Source: a bacterium (GTDB taxonomy: Bacteria; Patescibacteriota; Dojkabacteria; SC72). Taken from it: a DNA stretch of 64,000 nt. Numbering within the stretch: the stretch's first letter is position 1; the number at the start of each line of letters is the position of its first letter. Location of the stretch: contig JALHDC010000001.1 of the NCBI GenBank assembly GCA_022840695.1, forward strand, positions 84,456 to 148,455. The letters are read 5' to 3'. The notes beneath the pieces are model-generated. The model was not told where the DNA came from, made no database searches, and saw nothing but the letters and a program-made list of their open reading frames with translations. Below, piece after piece: positions 39,067 to 49,555 of the stretch. The translations under genes and the position numbers were made by a program.

Positions 39067-40524
39067 TTATTCCTCAGTTAATTCAATAGGTTGCCCTAAT
39101 AGGATTGTAACATCTTCTCCATTGAGATTTGAAGTAATGTATTCTGGTTTTTCTTTTGAATCTGCATCTAGAATTTTATTTAATTCTTTTATTGTTCCAG
39201 TATGATCCTCATCTTTAGAGTATATAACTGTACCTTGTTTATTTTGATATAGTGTACCTGCAAAAGTGATATTTAGGTAGGGGAATTTTTCAGTTATTTC
39301 TGTGGCAATCTCTTTAGCTTCATTAAATCCTAACCCTGTGTTGTATACCATTATTTTCGCATTTTCTGAATATAACTGTGGATACTGTTTTGCAAGTTGT
39401 ACAAACTCTATGATGTCTTCATAGTTGCCTAAACCTAATTTAGGTCCAATAGCATATGCACCACTTTCTAGACTCTTTGTTTCAACTAAGGAGTATCCTC
39501 CGACAGAAGGATCTAAGACAAAAGAGTATACATTCCCTTCATTTTTATCAAAATCTTTAAGTAGTTCGAAGGCTGCTTCTATGTCTTTAATTGTAAATTC
39601 TGAAACCTTGATATTCCCAGCTATGGAAGAAATTATGCTCATTACCGTTTTCGGGTTTGAAAGTGAATCATTGGATGTTAATTTCTCCTTAAGGGCTACA
39701 ATAACTTTTTGTTGTCTTCTTGCTCTTGCAAAATCAGTTCCTTCGTTATTCTGTGCTGAATGTCTAGATCTGGAATATATTAAAGCTGTAGCTCCATCCA
39801 TAGTTTGGGGACCAGCTTTAAAGGATACTGTTTTGTAACCATTTCCAGAAGGATACATATAGTCTGTGAAGTTATTTTCAACATTTATATCTACACCTCC
39901 TACAGCATCTACAATTTCTGCGAATGCTTTAAAATCAACCATTGCATAATACTGTATCTCTTGATCTGTTAATCTCTCAACACTTCTTTTTAAAGCTTGG
40001 ATACCTGTACCTTCTTTCTTGACTTCAGAACTAGCATATATACTATTTATTCTCACATACCACTTTACATCTTTATCTATTTCTACATGGAAATCTCTTG
40101 GTACGGATATCATTGTTACATCATGAGTCTCGTAATCGTAGGAAGCTAATATTATCGTGTCAGTATTGAGTAGGCCTCCACTTTCTCTGGTATCTATCCC
40201 TACTAACAGAATATTGGTATATCTTCCAGAGGAATCTTTTTTTAATTCTGTTTTTTGAGAAGAGATTAAGGAATTTGTATCTAATCTAAATCCCAATTCT
40301 TTTGAAAAGATATATCCTTTATATACTAGGAATCCGATTCCAAGCAAAACAATGAAAGTTATTGAAAGAAGGATTGTAGTAATTCTTCTATTTCTTTTTT
40401 TTCTTTGATCATTAGTGAGTGGTACTTTAACAGGTTTCTGTTTTTTCTTAACAGGGTTTTCATTAAGAGGAATCTGTATCCCCTTGTTTAAATTACTATC
40501 TTTTAAATCAATATCTATTGTCAT
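39067..40524 (-). CDS. LytR-CpsA-Psr (LCP) family cell-wall polymer transferase
   Basis: N-terminal TM. LCP core YTNILLVGIDTRESGG…NTDTIILASYD…MISVPRDFHVEI. Confidence 0.85.
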   Translation of the reverse strand: MTIDIDLKDSNLNKGIQIPLNENPVKKKQKPVKVPLTNDQRKKRNRRITTILLSITFIVLLGIGFLVYKGYIFSKELGFRLDTNSLISSQKTELKKDSSGRYTNILLVGIDTRESGGLLNTDTIILASYDYETHDVTMISVPRDFHVEIDKDVKWYVRINSIYASSEVKKEGTGIQALKRSVERLTDQEIQYYAMVDFKAFAEIVDAVGGVDINVENNFTDYMYPSGNGYKTVSFKAGPQTMDGATALIYSRSRHSAQNNEGTDFARARRQQKVIVALKEKLTSNDSLSNPKTVMSIISSIAGNIKVSEFTIKDIEAAFELLKDFDKNEGNVYSFVLDPSVGGYSLVETKSLESGAYAIGPKLGLGNYEDIIEFVQLAKQYPQLYSENAKIMVYNTGLGFNEAKEIATEITEKFPYLNITFAGTLYQNKQGTVIYSKDEDHTGTIKELNKILDADSKEKPEYITSNLNGEDVTILLGQPIELTEE

Positions 40525-40545
40525 ACCCAGAGTAAATAGATTAGA

Positions 40546-41556
40546 TTATCTAAGGTATTTATTTACATTACTATTATGTTCATCCAAAGTTCTTCCATAA
40601 TGTGGATTCCCATCAGTATCATGAATGTAATAGTAGTATGCGGACTCTACGGGTTCCCATACAGCTTTTATGGATTGAAGTCCTGGATTACATATTGGGG
40701 TAGGAGGTAATCCTATCTTTTTATATGTGTTGTAGGGATTATCATCATCTTTATCTTGAGCTGTTATAGTATGTTTCCAATCTTTTACAGGATATAGTAG
40801 GGTAGCATCGGTTTGTAAAAGCCATCCTTCGTTGAATCTTTTTATTATAATTCCTGCAATTGTTGGCCTATCATTTCCATTATATCCCTCTCTTTCTACT
40901 ATACTGGCTAAGATTATATCTTGATATGAATATTCATCTCCTACCTTTGTTTTAAAATTCTCCACTAAAATTTCTATTACTCCTCTACTATCTATTTCTC
41001 TAGGGAATGCATATCTATCTGGAAAAAGAAAACCCTCAAGATCTGAGACATTTACAGCAAGCCCTAGGCTTTCTATGAATGTCGTATCCGTTGTTAAAGA
41101 AAGAAATTCAGATATACTGAAATTTGATGGAGTATATTTACCAAGTTCATTACCCACTATCTGTGCAATTTCATCCTTCCTCAATCCTTCCGGTATTAAA
41201 ATCCAAACATCTTGGCTCCTTCCTGATTGTAATGCATCTATGAGTTCTTTTAGTGAGAGATTCTTCGGTAATTCATATACTCCTGCCTGTAACCTAGTTC
41301 CTAAATCATTTATTCTTAAATAGAATTTGGCATAGTATACAAATCTCTCTTTCAAAAGATCACTCTCTACAAGTGAATCAAGAATATTTTGTACTGTTTC
41401 TCCCTCTTTAATTTCTATTATGCTTTTTTCCTCAGAATCTGAATTAGGATTGGAAAGTGCTCTGTCATAGTCTAGTTTAATCACACCTAGAAAAACGAAG
41501 AGTATGAGAACTAACATAATTGGGACTTTAGAGAACAAATTATTACCTTTATTCAT
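40546..41556 (-). CDS. mltG: Endolytic murein transglycosylase MltG (YceG family)
   Basis: N-terminal TM. YceG motifs (IEIKEGETVQNILDSL…RLQAGVYELPKNLSLKELIDALQSG). Confidence 0.85.
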   Translation of the reverse strand: MNKGNNLFSKVPIMLVLILFVFLGVIKLDYDRALSNPNSDSEEKSIIEIKEGETVQNILDSLVESDLLKERFVYYAKFYLRINDLGTRLQAGVYELPKNLSLKELIDALQSGRSQDVWILIPEGLRKDEIAQIVGNELGKYTPSNFSISEFLSLTTDTTFIESLGLAVNVSDLEGFLFPDRYAFPREIDSRGVIEILVENFKTKVGDEYSYQDIILASIVEREGYNGNDRPTIAGIIIKRFNEGWLLQTDATLLYPVKDWKHTITAQDKDDDNPYNTYKKIGLPPTPICNPGLQSIKAVWEPVESAYYYYIHDTDGNPHYGRTLDEHNSNVNKYLR

Positions 41557-41989
41557 TTTTTTGATTTTCTGAATTTAGAAATTCCTGTAAAAATACAGTA
41601 GCAGCTACTCTGTCAATTTTGTTTTTGTAGCTTTTAAAATTCTGTCCAGAAGATGTTAACATATTTTTTGCCTCACTTGTAGAAAAGCTTTCATCGTATG
41701 TGAGGATTGGTATGCTTAAGGTATTTTTTAATAGATCAAGAAACTTGTTAATTTTTTTCTCTGTTCTTCTTTGATTTTGTTCAAATACCTGAGGCATTCC
41801 AACAATTATTCTTTTAACTCTGTACTCCTGACATATATTTTCTATATTATTGATAATTGTTTGTATATCAGTATTTTTAGATATTGAAAGGGTGTCTAGG
41901 GGTGAAGCTATAATGCCTTTGCTATCAGAAATTGCTAGTCCAAAGTTTTTTTCTCCATAATCAATTGCTAATGTAGGATTGTTTTCCAT
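41549..41989 (-). CDS. ruvX: Putative pre-16S rRNA nuclease / Holliday-junction resolvase-like YqgF (RuvX)
   Basis: LAIDYGEKNFGLAISD…RIIVGMPQ…DESFSTSEA; 146 aa. Confidence 0.85.
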   Translation of the reverse strand: MENNPTLAIDYGEKNFGLAISDSKGIIASPLDTLSISKNTDIQTIINNIENICQEYRVKRIIVGMPQVFEQNQRRTEKKINKFLDLLKNTLSIPILTYDESFSTSEAKNMLTSSGQNFKSYKNKIDRVAATVFLQEFLNSENQKNE

Positions 41990-41993
41990 ATGT

Positions 41994-43820
41994 TTATTCT
42001 AATACAGCCTTTATTCTTTTTATACCAGCTCCAACATTTTCCTGTTTAACAATCTTAAATGTCCCCAATTCTTTTGTATTGCTAACATGTGGACCATTAC
42101 AAATTTCTACTGAAAATGGAGAATCTTTTGATCCTACATAGTAGACTTTAAGAAGATCTCCATATCTGTCATCAAAGGATGCTGTAGAGGAGTATTTTTG
42201 TATTGTAGCTAATGCATCTTCTTTACTCATTTCTTCAAAGGAAATATCTAAGCTGTTTTGTATTACCTCATTTACCATGTCTTCCACTTTTTTTAATTGC
42301 TCTTCTGTTAATTTCTCTTTATTAGGAAAATCCAATCTCAATCTCTCAGGAGTGATGTTACTCCCCATCTGGTGAATATGTTCTCCGACAATCTTTCTTA
42401 ATGAAGCTAGGAGTAGGTGTGTAGCTGTATGATATTTAGTAGACATTTCTGAAGTATCAGCTAAGCCACCTTTAAAAAATCCCTTCGATGCACTTCTTGA
42501 TTTTTCTTGGTGTTTTTTTTCTGCTTCTTCATATTTTTCTATATTAATGATTTTTAGTCCTTTCTCTTGTAATATTTCTTCTGTTACCTCTATTGGTAAG
42601 CCGTATGTTTCGTAGAGTTGAAATGCCTTTATACCATCTACTTCCTGATGGCTATTTAAGAGTCTATCTAGTTCCCTTAAAGCATTTTCTACTGTCTTGT
42701 TAAATTTTAATTCTTCATCTTCGATTACTTTAATAATGGTTTCTCTCTTTTCTTCTAAGTTTGGGTATATGTAAAGGAATTGGTCAATACATATAGATGC
42801 AATATCTTTTGTAAATGCATTTGCTATTCCTAATTTTCGCCCATGCCTTACAGCTCTTCTTATTAACCTTCTAAGAATATATCCCTGTTGATTTCTTCCA
42901 GGGGTTACTCCATCCATGACGATTAAAACAGATGCCTTTATGTGATCAACTATTATTCTTTGTGACTTTATTATTTCCTCTTTAGAAATCTCTCTAACTT
43001 TTTCTAAAATTGGTTTATAAATGTCTATTTCATATACATTGTCTACATTTTGGATTAAAGATGAAAGTCTTTCTAATCCACCACCAAAATCGACATTATG
43101 TCTTCCAAGTGGTTTTAATGTGTCTCCTTCTTTAAGGTATTCCATGAATACATTGTTTCCAATTTCTACATATTTCCCACAACTGCAAGAAAGGTTACAA
43201 TCTTCACTACATTTTGGTTTGTCAGTATCATAGAATATTTCTGAATCTGGACCACATGGCCCTCCTGATTCTAGTCCCCACCAATTTTCCTTCTTACCAA
43301 ATTTTTGAATTCTTTCTCCTACTTTTGCATCAATTCCATACTTAGCAAACAATTCTTTCCAAACAGATATAGATACTGTATCTTCTGGAATATTGTCTTC
43401 TCCTCCAAATACAGATGCATATATTTTATTTATATCCAAACCTAATTCTTTTACAAAAAATTCGACTGTAAAGTTGATAGCCTCTTTTTTGAAATAATCA
43501 TTTAGAGACCAATTTCCTAACATTTCAAATGAAGTACAGTGATATTCATCTCCGACTTCATCTATATCTCCTGTTCTAATACATCTTTGAGAATTAACAA
43601 GCTTATTTCCTTTTGGATGTTTCTCTCCCGAAAGGAAAGGTACTAAAGGAAACATTCCGGCATTTACGAAAAGTACGGAGGGATCATTTTCCGGTACTAG
43701 AGGAGCACCTGGTATCTCTGCATGGTTATTTTCTTTGAAGAATGAGATATATTTTTCTCTTATCTCTTTGTATGTTAAGCTTTTATTCATAGGGTTGATT
43801 ATACCAACTTCCTTATTCAT
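41994..43820 (-). CDS. alaS: Alanine--tRNA ligase, short form (catalytic + editing domains, no C-Ala domain)
   Basis: FVNAGMFPLVPF, CIRTGDIDEVGD…TSFEMLGNWS, editing-domain motifs HTATHLL and CNGPHV. 608 aa. Confidence 0.9.
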   Translation of the reverse strand: MNKEVGIINPMNKSLTYKEIREKYISFFKENNHAEIPGAPLVPENDPSVLFVNAGMFPLVPFLSGEKHPKGNKLVNSQRCIRTGDIDEVGDEYHCTSFEMLGNWSLNDYFKKEAINFTVEFFVKELGLDINKIYASVFGGEDNIPEDTVSISVWKELFAKYGIDAKVGERIQKFGKKENWWGLESGGPCGPDSEIFYDTDKPKCSEDCNLSCSCGKYVEIGNNVFMEYLKEGDTLKPLGRHNVDFGGGLERLSSLIQNVDNVYEIDIYKPILEKVREISKEEIIKSQRIIVDHIKASVLIVMDGVTPGRNQQGYILRRLIRRAVRHGRKLGIANAFTKDIASICIDQFLYIYPNLEEKRETIIKVIEDEELKFNKTVENALRELDRLLNSHQEVDGIKAFQLYETYGLPIEVTEEILQEKGLKIINIEKYEEAEKKHQEKSRSASKGFFKGGLADTSEMSTKYHTATHLLLASLRKIVGEHIHQMGSNITPERLRLDFPNKEKLTEEQLKKVEDMVNEVIQNSLDISFEEMSKEDALATIQKYSSTASFDDRYGDLLKVYYVGSKDSPFSVEICNGPHVSNTKELGTFKIVKQENVGAGIKRIKAVLE

Positions 43821-45888
43821 TAACTACTGGCTTTTCTGTATCCTCTTGGGTTTGCTGCTGTATTTGTTGAAATATCTTTTCCAAATCTTCAGCTTCTGGA
43901 ATCTCTGGCTCAGGAATAATATTTTCAGGAACAGGGGGTTGTATATCTACATTCTCAACTTGTTCATTCTCAACTTGTGGTTGTACAACTTCTTCTTTCA
44001 TTGGCTCATTTGTTGTCAAAGTCTCAGTTTCAGCTAGAGGTCTCAATGTTGTCTCTTCCTCTTCCTTTAATTCTTTCAAATCATTTTCTTTCTGCTCTTC
44101 TGTTAGAACTGGTTTGGCTACAGAGTAGTTGTCCCAAACATCTTCATCTTCTTTTTCTGGTTTGTTCTCAACCTTTTCTCTAATCTTTGGCTCTATCTGA
44201 GAAGTCTCGATATATGGTGTTCGATCAGATGGGGTAGATGGAGGTAGTTTACTATTTTGGCTTCCATAGAATTCATCATCTTTTCCATTGTCTTTCCATA
44301 TAGTGAATATTATGAATGGAGCAACTAAGGCAAGGATAACTGTTAACAGTCCAATTCCTACTATAAGAACAATGTTTTTTGCAATCTTATAACCAAAGAT
44401 ATCATAAGTTTCTGCATCCTTTTCAGAATATTCTCCCTTAATTGTAAAATTCCATGATTTAGTTACATCCAAGCCACTACTATCTTTAAACGAAACTTCA
44501 GCTTTATGAACACCTTCTTCCAAATCTTCCTCTGGTTGGTATATTAGGTTGTATTCACTTTCACTAATTTTATTAATCTTAATATCATTGGAGATGTCTT
44601 TGTCATCAAGTTTAAACAGAATCGTTTTATCATCAATGGTTGAACCTTTTCCTGCTATAATCGATGCTTTTATTGTAACTCTCTTATTAGCTATTTCCTC
44701 TGTACTTGTTGGTCCCATATTCACAACCTGTGGCTGTTCCAATATCACAACATCATCAGTACCAGGTTTCTCATCAGAAGTTTTACTAATCACAATCTCT
44801 GGAGATACACCTATACCAATACCAGGAGGTTGCTGATTATCTATAGCTTTGGCTATCAATTTGTATGTACCAGAATCTAAATTAGAGGTTTCTACTGTAT
44901 ATGAATTTGTTTGATAGTCTAAATCTTTACTTATTGTTTTCCATACCTCTTCGTTTGCTGGGTTATTAGTTATGTAAAGTTCATATCTAATTATGTGATT
45001 AAGGTCAGTTGCTTCCCAAGAAGATCGAAAAGTATCGCCTTTGTTCACTCTTAAGCTATCAGAAGGTTGTATGATCTTCACCTCTGGATTATCATTTTCT
45101 TCTGGACTTACACTGATGACCCAAGATTGAGATCTCAAGTTTGTACTATACCCATCATGAATGAAAACATTGGCAAGGTAGCTAGCAGCTTTTTCAGATG
45201 TACCTCTAAATTTAATTGTTAGTTTACCATTTGATCCATCATCTATAATTACTGGTTTTAACCAATCAGCTCTGGGTGTAAATGAATAGCTGTAGTTTAT
45301 CCTATCTCCATCATCATCAACTGCGGTTAGGGTATATTCGTATTCCTGAGAAGTTTTAATATTCTGTGATGGTTGAGATTGTGCAGGTTTAGAAGTGAAC
45401 TCAGGAGAGCTATTATTTGCGACTGCTCTTAATCCTCGGATATCGTATGGACTACTAATTTCACATCCTATACTTCCTCCTTGATCTTTTTTAATTAATC
45501 CCAACATATCTACAACTCCCGAAACTTCTGGTGTAAATGGGAAACTAGTAGCAATCTCTATTGGGGAATTCTCAAAACTTTCTTGATATATTACCTCTCC
45601 TGAAGAATTATATATTTCTAGGGAAGATATTATTGAATCACTTAATATAGCATCGACTTGTACAGTTACAGTTTTTCCAACTTCTAAAGAGTATGGATTT
45701 ACATTTGGAAGAGATATTATACAAGGATGATCTATACCTAATTCTAATTCTTCAAAAGCTCTGTTTCTTGTATCCAAACTCTCCTGTGCTAAACCGTATA
45801 ATACCAATGGTATGGAAAGAAGAAGAAAGAAAGTTAAATATATTACTGATCTTTGGGCATATTGTTTTGGGGCAATTCTTCTGGGCAT
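43813..45888 (-). CDS. Large surface protein (691 aa): N-terminal signal/anchor, Ig-like ectodomains, single TM, acidic disordered cytoplasmic tail
   Basis: N-terminal hydrophobic segment VIYLTFFLLLSIPLVLYGL. Internal TM NIVLIVGIGLLTVILALVAPFIIFTIW. C-terminal ~170 aa are Glu/Pro/Gln-rich. Confidence 0.6.
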   Translation of the reverse strand: MPRRIAPKQYAQRSVIYLTFFLLLSIPLVLYGLAQESLDTRNRAFEELELGIDHPCIISLPNVNPYSLEVGKTVTVQVDAILSDSIISSLEIYNSSGEVIYQESFENSPIEIATSFPFTPEVSGVVDMLGLIKKDQGGSIGCEISSPYDIRGLRAVANNSSPEFTSKPAQSQPSQNIKTSQEYEYTLTAVDDDGDRINYSYSFTPRADWLKPVIIDDGSNGKLTIKFRGTSEKAASYLANVFIHDGYSTNLRSQSWVISVSPEENDNPEVKIIQPSDSLRVNKGDTFRSSWEATDLNHIIRYELYITNNPANEEVWKTISKDLDYQTNSYTVETSNLDSGTYKLIAKAIDNQQPPGIGIGVSPEIVISKTSDEKPGTDDVVILEQPQVVNMGPTSTEEIANKRVTIKASIIAGKGSTIDDKTILFKLDDKDISNDIKINKISESEYNLIYQPEEDLEEGVHKAEVSFKDSSGLDVTKSWNFTIKGEYSEKDAETYDIFGYKIAKNIVLIVGIGLLTVILALVAPFIIFTIWKDNGKDDEFYGSQNSKLPPSTPSDRTPYIETSQIEPKIREKVENKPEKEDEDVWDNYSVAKPVLTEEQKENDLKELKEEEETTLRPLAETETLTTNEPMKEEVVQPQVENEQVENVDIQPPVPENIIPEPEIPEAEDLEKIFQQIQQQTQEDTEKPVVNE

Positions 45889-45902
45889 TAATTTTTATTT
45901 AA

Positions 45903-47261
45903 TTATTTATTTGTTACTCCTATTTTAGCATTAATTGCTTCCTCTGCCTTTTTTAATGCAGCACTAACATCCATATCATTCTCTATTATATCTGTAATTG
46001 CTTCATCTATTGCGGCATTTACAGACATTTCATCTCCCTTCTGCCAGGATTTCATATATGGGGCCATTTCTGCAATAGCTGAAACATATGTTTTTCCTAA
46101 CAATTCTCCATTCAATTCTACCAAAGAATACGGCTCTCCAAATGCTCTAATCTGAGATGCATTGGAGTATAGGGACATCTGTTGTTCCTTTTCTGCTAAA
46201 AATTTAACAAAGGTCCATGCTGCATCAGTATTTACAGCATTCTTGCTAACAGCATCTCCCCAATATGTTGCATAATATATTTTCTCTTCATTTGCCTTTA
46301 ATTGAGGTAGAGGTGAGGTATCAAATTCTATTGTAGGAGCTGCCTCTATAATGTCGAAAGTTCTCCAACTTGGACCAATCATCATTGCCAATTTGCCAGA
46401 GAAAAACATTTCCAAATCAGTTTTTAATGTTGGTGACCATACAGCAGTATCTCCTCTTGCGAAATTGGTATAGGTATTGAAAACAGCTTGAGCCTTTGGA
46501 GTATTCAAGGATACTTTAGTTCTAGTTTCATCTATCACATTTACACCTTCCTGTAAAAGGAAGAAGGAAAGAATTTCAGCTGAATGTCGAATATTTCTAG
46601 ATGTCCCTATGGCTAATCCTGATTGAGTAATTCTTCCACTAGCATCTTTCTTTGTTAATTTTTGTGCTAATTCAAAAAAGGAATCCCAATCCTCTGGTGG
46701 TTTCTGAGCTCCCACTTCTGCTAGAAGAGCTTTATTGTAGTAGACCATTAGGCCATCAATTTCCCACGGTATTGCATAAATATTCCCATCCTTTGCTGTA
46801 AAATCATCAACTACTGTATTGTAGAAGTTTTCAGCATACTCAGCAGTAGTCATAATTGATGCAGGTAGAGGACTTAGATAGCTGTAATATTTAGGTACCC
46901 AGCTATTATGTATTCTGAATATATCTGGAGCAGGATCATTGGAGCTAGAAGCTTGTTGTAATCTAGTATATAAACGAGACTCATAATTTGTGAATGTAGA
47001 TTGAGAATACTGTATCTTAATATTTGGGTATTTATCTTCAAACTCATCTATGATTGGTTGCATAACAGAAGTAGGTTCCCACAATCCCCAATATGCAAGT
47101 TCTACTGTCGTACCACTAGGTATGATGCTATTCCCACTACCATTATCACCATTAGAAGAATTTCTATTCTTGTTAATTATTAATAACACAGCAGTTATTA
47201 TCATTAACACAAACAAAACAATTCCTATGATTATTAAAGTTTTTTTCTGTTTCTCTTCCAT
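45903..47261 (-). CDS. ABC transporter substrate-binding protein (family 1, sugar-type), TM-anchored, orphan
   Basis: N-terminal TM. SBP_bac_1-like sequence (ELAYWGLWEP…IDEFEDKYPNIKIQY…). No adjacent permease or ATPase. Confidence 0.75.
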   Translation of the reverse strand: MEEKQKKTLIIIGIVLFVLMIITAVLLIINKNRNSSNGDNGSGNSIIPSGTTVELAYWGLWEPTSVMQPIIDEFEDKYPNIKIQYSQSTFTNYESRLYTRLQQASSSNDPAPDIFRIHNSWVPKYYSYLSPLPASIMTTAEYAENFYNTVVDDFTAKDGNIYAIPWEIDGLMVYYNKALLAEVGAQKPPEDWDSFFELAQKLTKKDASGRITQSGLAIGTSRNIRHSAEILSFFLLQEGVNVIDETRTKVSLNTPKAQAVFNTYTNFARGDTAVWSPTLKTDLEMFFSGKLAMMIGPSWRTFDIIEAAPTIEFDTSPLPQLKANEEKIYYATYWGDAVSKNAVNTDAAWTFVKFLAEKEQQMSLYSNASQIRAFGEPYSLVELNGELLGKTYVSAIAEMAPYMKSWQKGDEMSVNAAIDEAITDIIENDMDVSAALKKAEEAINAKIGVTNK

Positions 47262-47278
47262 TTCTAGATCTTGTTAAG

Positions 47279-48076
47279 TTATATTCTTCTTTCAGCTACA
47301 ACTATTAATCTCTTCGTCCCAATGCCTAACGGCCAACATGTCATCAAAGTGACAGTTTCTTTATTATTTACAGGTTGTAAAATTGTAAAATCTTCAGGAT
47401 CCACAATCTTTTTATTCCTTACGATATATTCTAGTACTTTCTCCTCCCTGTTTACAACTATTTTCTGACCAATATCAATATCATTCAGTCTAGAAAAAAT
47501 TGTTTCTGGAAGATCCTTGTGTCTACTAAAGAAAGATTCAACAGCACTATGACCATATATGAAGGAATTTCCTCCATCTCCTGGAAGGGGAGTACCTTTA
47601 AAATGAGCCACTCCATTTTTTAAATATTGGTTGTATATTGATTCACTGGAACTCTCGACATTGGAACTAATTTTTATGTCTTGTATCCCAACACTCTCAA
47701 TTGATATGTACATATCCTTCTTATACTCCTTGTCTATATTTACTGATGTCTGAGTTCTAGTCTCAGGATTGTAGGAATATTGGCCCGTTATATCGAGATT
47801 GCCTAATTGCTCAGAAAGATTGGCAAAATAGCTTTTTCCTGGATCATAATATGCAAATTCTTCTTCGACATATTTTTTGTATGATTCTGGGACTGGATCT
47901 ACCTTAATATCTTCTCTCTTCTGTTCTACAACTCCTTCAACATATGATTTTGTAAGCGGTATTACCTGACTTGCAACAATAATTAATCCTGAAAAAGCTA
48001 AAACAGCGGAAATCCATAATCTAACTTTTTTAATTTTATTATTACTATGTGTTTGTACATTCCAAGTATTCTCCAT
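47279..48076 (-). CDS. Sortase family transpeptidase
   Basis: N-terminal TM. Catalytic His region FIYGHSAV, TLxTC motif VTLMTCWPLG and downstream Arg (…VVAERR). Confidence 0.85.
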   Translation of the reverse strand: MENTWNVQTHSNNKIKKVRLWISAVLAFSGLIIVASQVIPLTKSYVEGVVEQKREDIKVDPVPESYKKYVEEEFAYYDPGKSYFANLSEQLGNLDITGQYSYNPETRTQTSVNIDKEYKKDMYISIESVGIQDIKISSNVESSSESIYNQYLKNGVAHFKGTPLPGDGGNSFIYGHSAVESFFSRHKDLPETIFSRLNDIDIGQKIVVNREEKVLEYIVRNKKIVDPEDFTILQPVNNKETVTLMTCWPLGIGTKRLIVVAERRI

Positions 48077-48117
48077 AGTATAGATATTATCAGATTTAAT
48101 CTTTTAGTTGAAATAGG

Positions 48118-48144
48118 GTAGCAAATATATTTCTACTTTGCTAA
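48118..48144 (+). promoter_or_regulatory. CIRCE-like element upstream of dnaJ (GTAGCA-N15-TGCTAA)
   Basis: GTAGCAAATatatttctaCTTTGCTAA. Same 6-15-6 architecture as the hrcA and groES sites, 12 nt upstream of the dnaJ ATG. Confidence 0.55.
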
Positions 48145-48156
48145 AATCATTCTGTT

Positions 48157-49257
48157 ATGGAAAAAAGAGACTACTATGAAGTATTGGGTGTAAAAAAAGA
48201 TGCTAGCAAGGATGAGCTTAAGAAAGCCTACAGAAAGCTTGTTAAAAAATATCATCCAGATGTGAATAAGGAAGCTGATTCTGAAGAGAAATTCAAAGAG
48301 GTTCAAGAGGCATACGAAACTCTCTCAGATGATGGAAAAAGAAAGGCATATGATCAGTATGGACATGCTGGTACCGCTGGTTTTAATCCTGGAGCAGGTA
48401 ATGGCTATGAGTATCAGGGAACACCTTTTGATATGGGAGATATATTTAGTACATTTTTTGGAGGGAATACTGAATTTGGTAATGGATTTGGTTTTGATTT
48501 TGGTGGAAGAGCAGGTTCCCCAAGGGAAGATATTGGTTCGGATATTAGGTATAGAGTTCGAGTGAGCTTTGATGAAGCTATGAGAGGGGGGGAGTATAAG
48601 ATTAAGATTAAAAGAGATGAACGATGTGAAAGATGTGATGGAAGTGGAAGTGAAGATGGAAAGAAAAAAGAATGTCCAGTTTGTAAGGGTACGGGAAGAG
48701 AAAGACAAGTTAGAAACACAATTCTCGGTCAAATGGCTGTAATGTCAACTTGTAGTAATTGCCAAGGAACTGGCACAATTATTGATAATCCTTGTAAGCA
48801 GTGTAAAGGTACAGGAGTTAAAAGTCTTGAAGAATCTTTAACAATTAAGATCCCTGCAGGGGCATATGATGGTATGGTTCTGAGATTCAGAGGAGGAGGT
48901 AATGTGGGAAGAAATGGAGGCTCCGTTGGAGATTTGTATATTGAGATAGAGGTTGAGGCATCTTCAAAGTTTGAGAGAAGAGGTAATGACATATATTCTC
49001 AGGAGAGTATTCCTGTATATACAGCTGTTTTAGGGGATACGATATCTGTTAGAACAATATTAGAAGATGTGAAATTAAAAATACCAAAAGGCACCCAATC
49101 AGGAACAATCTTCAAATTAAAAGGAAAAGGTTGTCCAATATTTAATGAAAAAGGAGAGAGGGGGGATCAGTATGTAAGAATAAATGTTGAGATTCCTGGG
49201 AGATTAACTAGGAAAGAAAAGGAACTTTGGGAGAAATTGCTAAATTTGGGCAAATAA
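48157..49257 (+). CDS. dnaJ: Chaperone DnaJ
   Basis: J-domain DYYEVLGV…YHPD and four CxxCxGxG zinc-finger repeats. Confidence 0.95.
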   Translation: MEKRDYYEVLGVKKDASKDELKKAYRKLVKKYHPDVNKEADSEEKFKEVQEAYETLSDDGKRKAYDQYGHAGTAGFNPGAGNGYEYQGTPFDMGDIFSTFFGGNTEFGNGFGFDFGGRAGSPREDIGSDIRYRVRVSFDEAMRGGEYKIKIKRDERCERCDGSGSEDGKKKECPVCKGTGRERQVRNTILGQMAVMSTCSNCQGTGTIIDNPCKQCKGTGVKSLEESLTIKIPAGAYDGMVLRFRGGGNVGRNGGSVGDLYIEIEVEASSKFERRGNDIYSQESIPVYTAVLGDTISVRTILEDVKLKIPKGTQSGTIFKLKGKGCPIFNEKGERGDQYVRINVEIPGRLTRKEKELWEKLLNLGK

Positions 49258-49525
49258 AGAACTACCTTTAAGATATGCGAAAATCTTATTCTCTAGGGAA
49301 CTATATAGTGTTTCATCAATCAATTTAATGTTCTATAGGATAAAATCCTACATTTCTCTCATAATAACAAGGATTTATTAGACTTATAGAATATTAAATT
49401 TTTGTTTAAAAATGGCAATAGTTCTTTTTGTTTAAGGATTTAAGAGAATCTCAAAGGTAGTCTTTCTTCTTTCTCTTCTCTTATATTTATGTTATACTTC
49501 TACTTGAAAGTTATACAAAGAGGAG

Positions 49526-49555
49526 GGTGAGGATAAATATTCTCACCTTTTTTTT
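49526..49555 (+). terminator. Intrinsic terminator-like hairpin in nusA leader region
   Basis: GGTGAG-N10-CTCACC followed by T8, ending 35 nt upstream of the nusA ATG. Confidence 0.55.
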
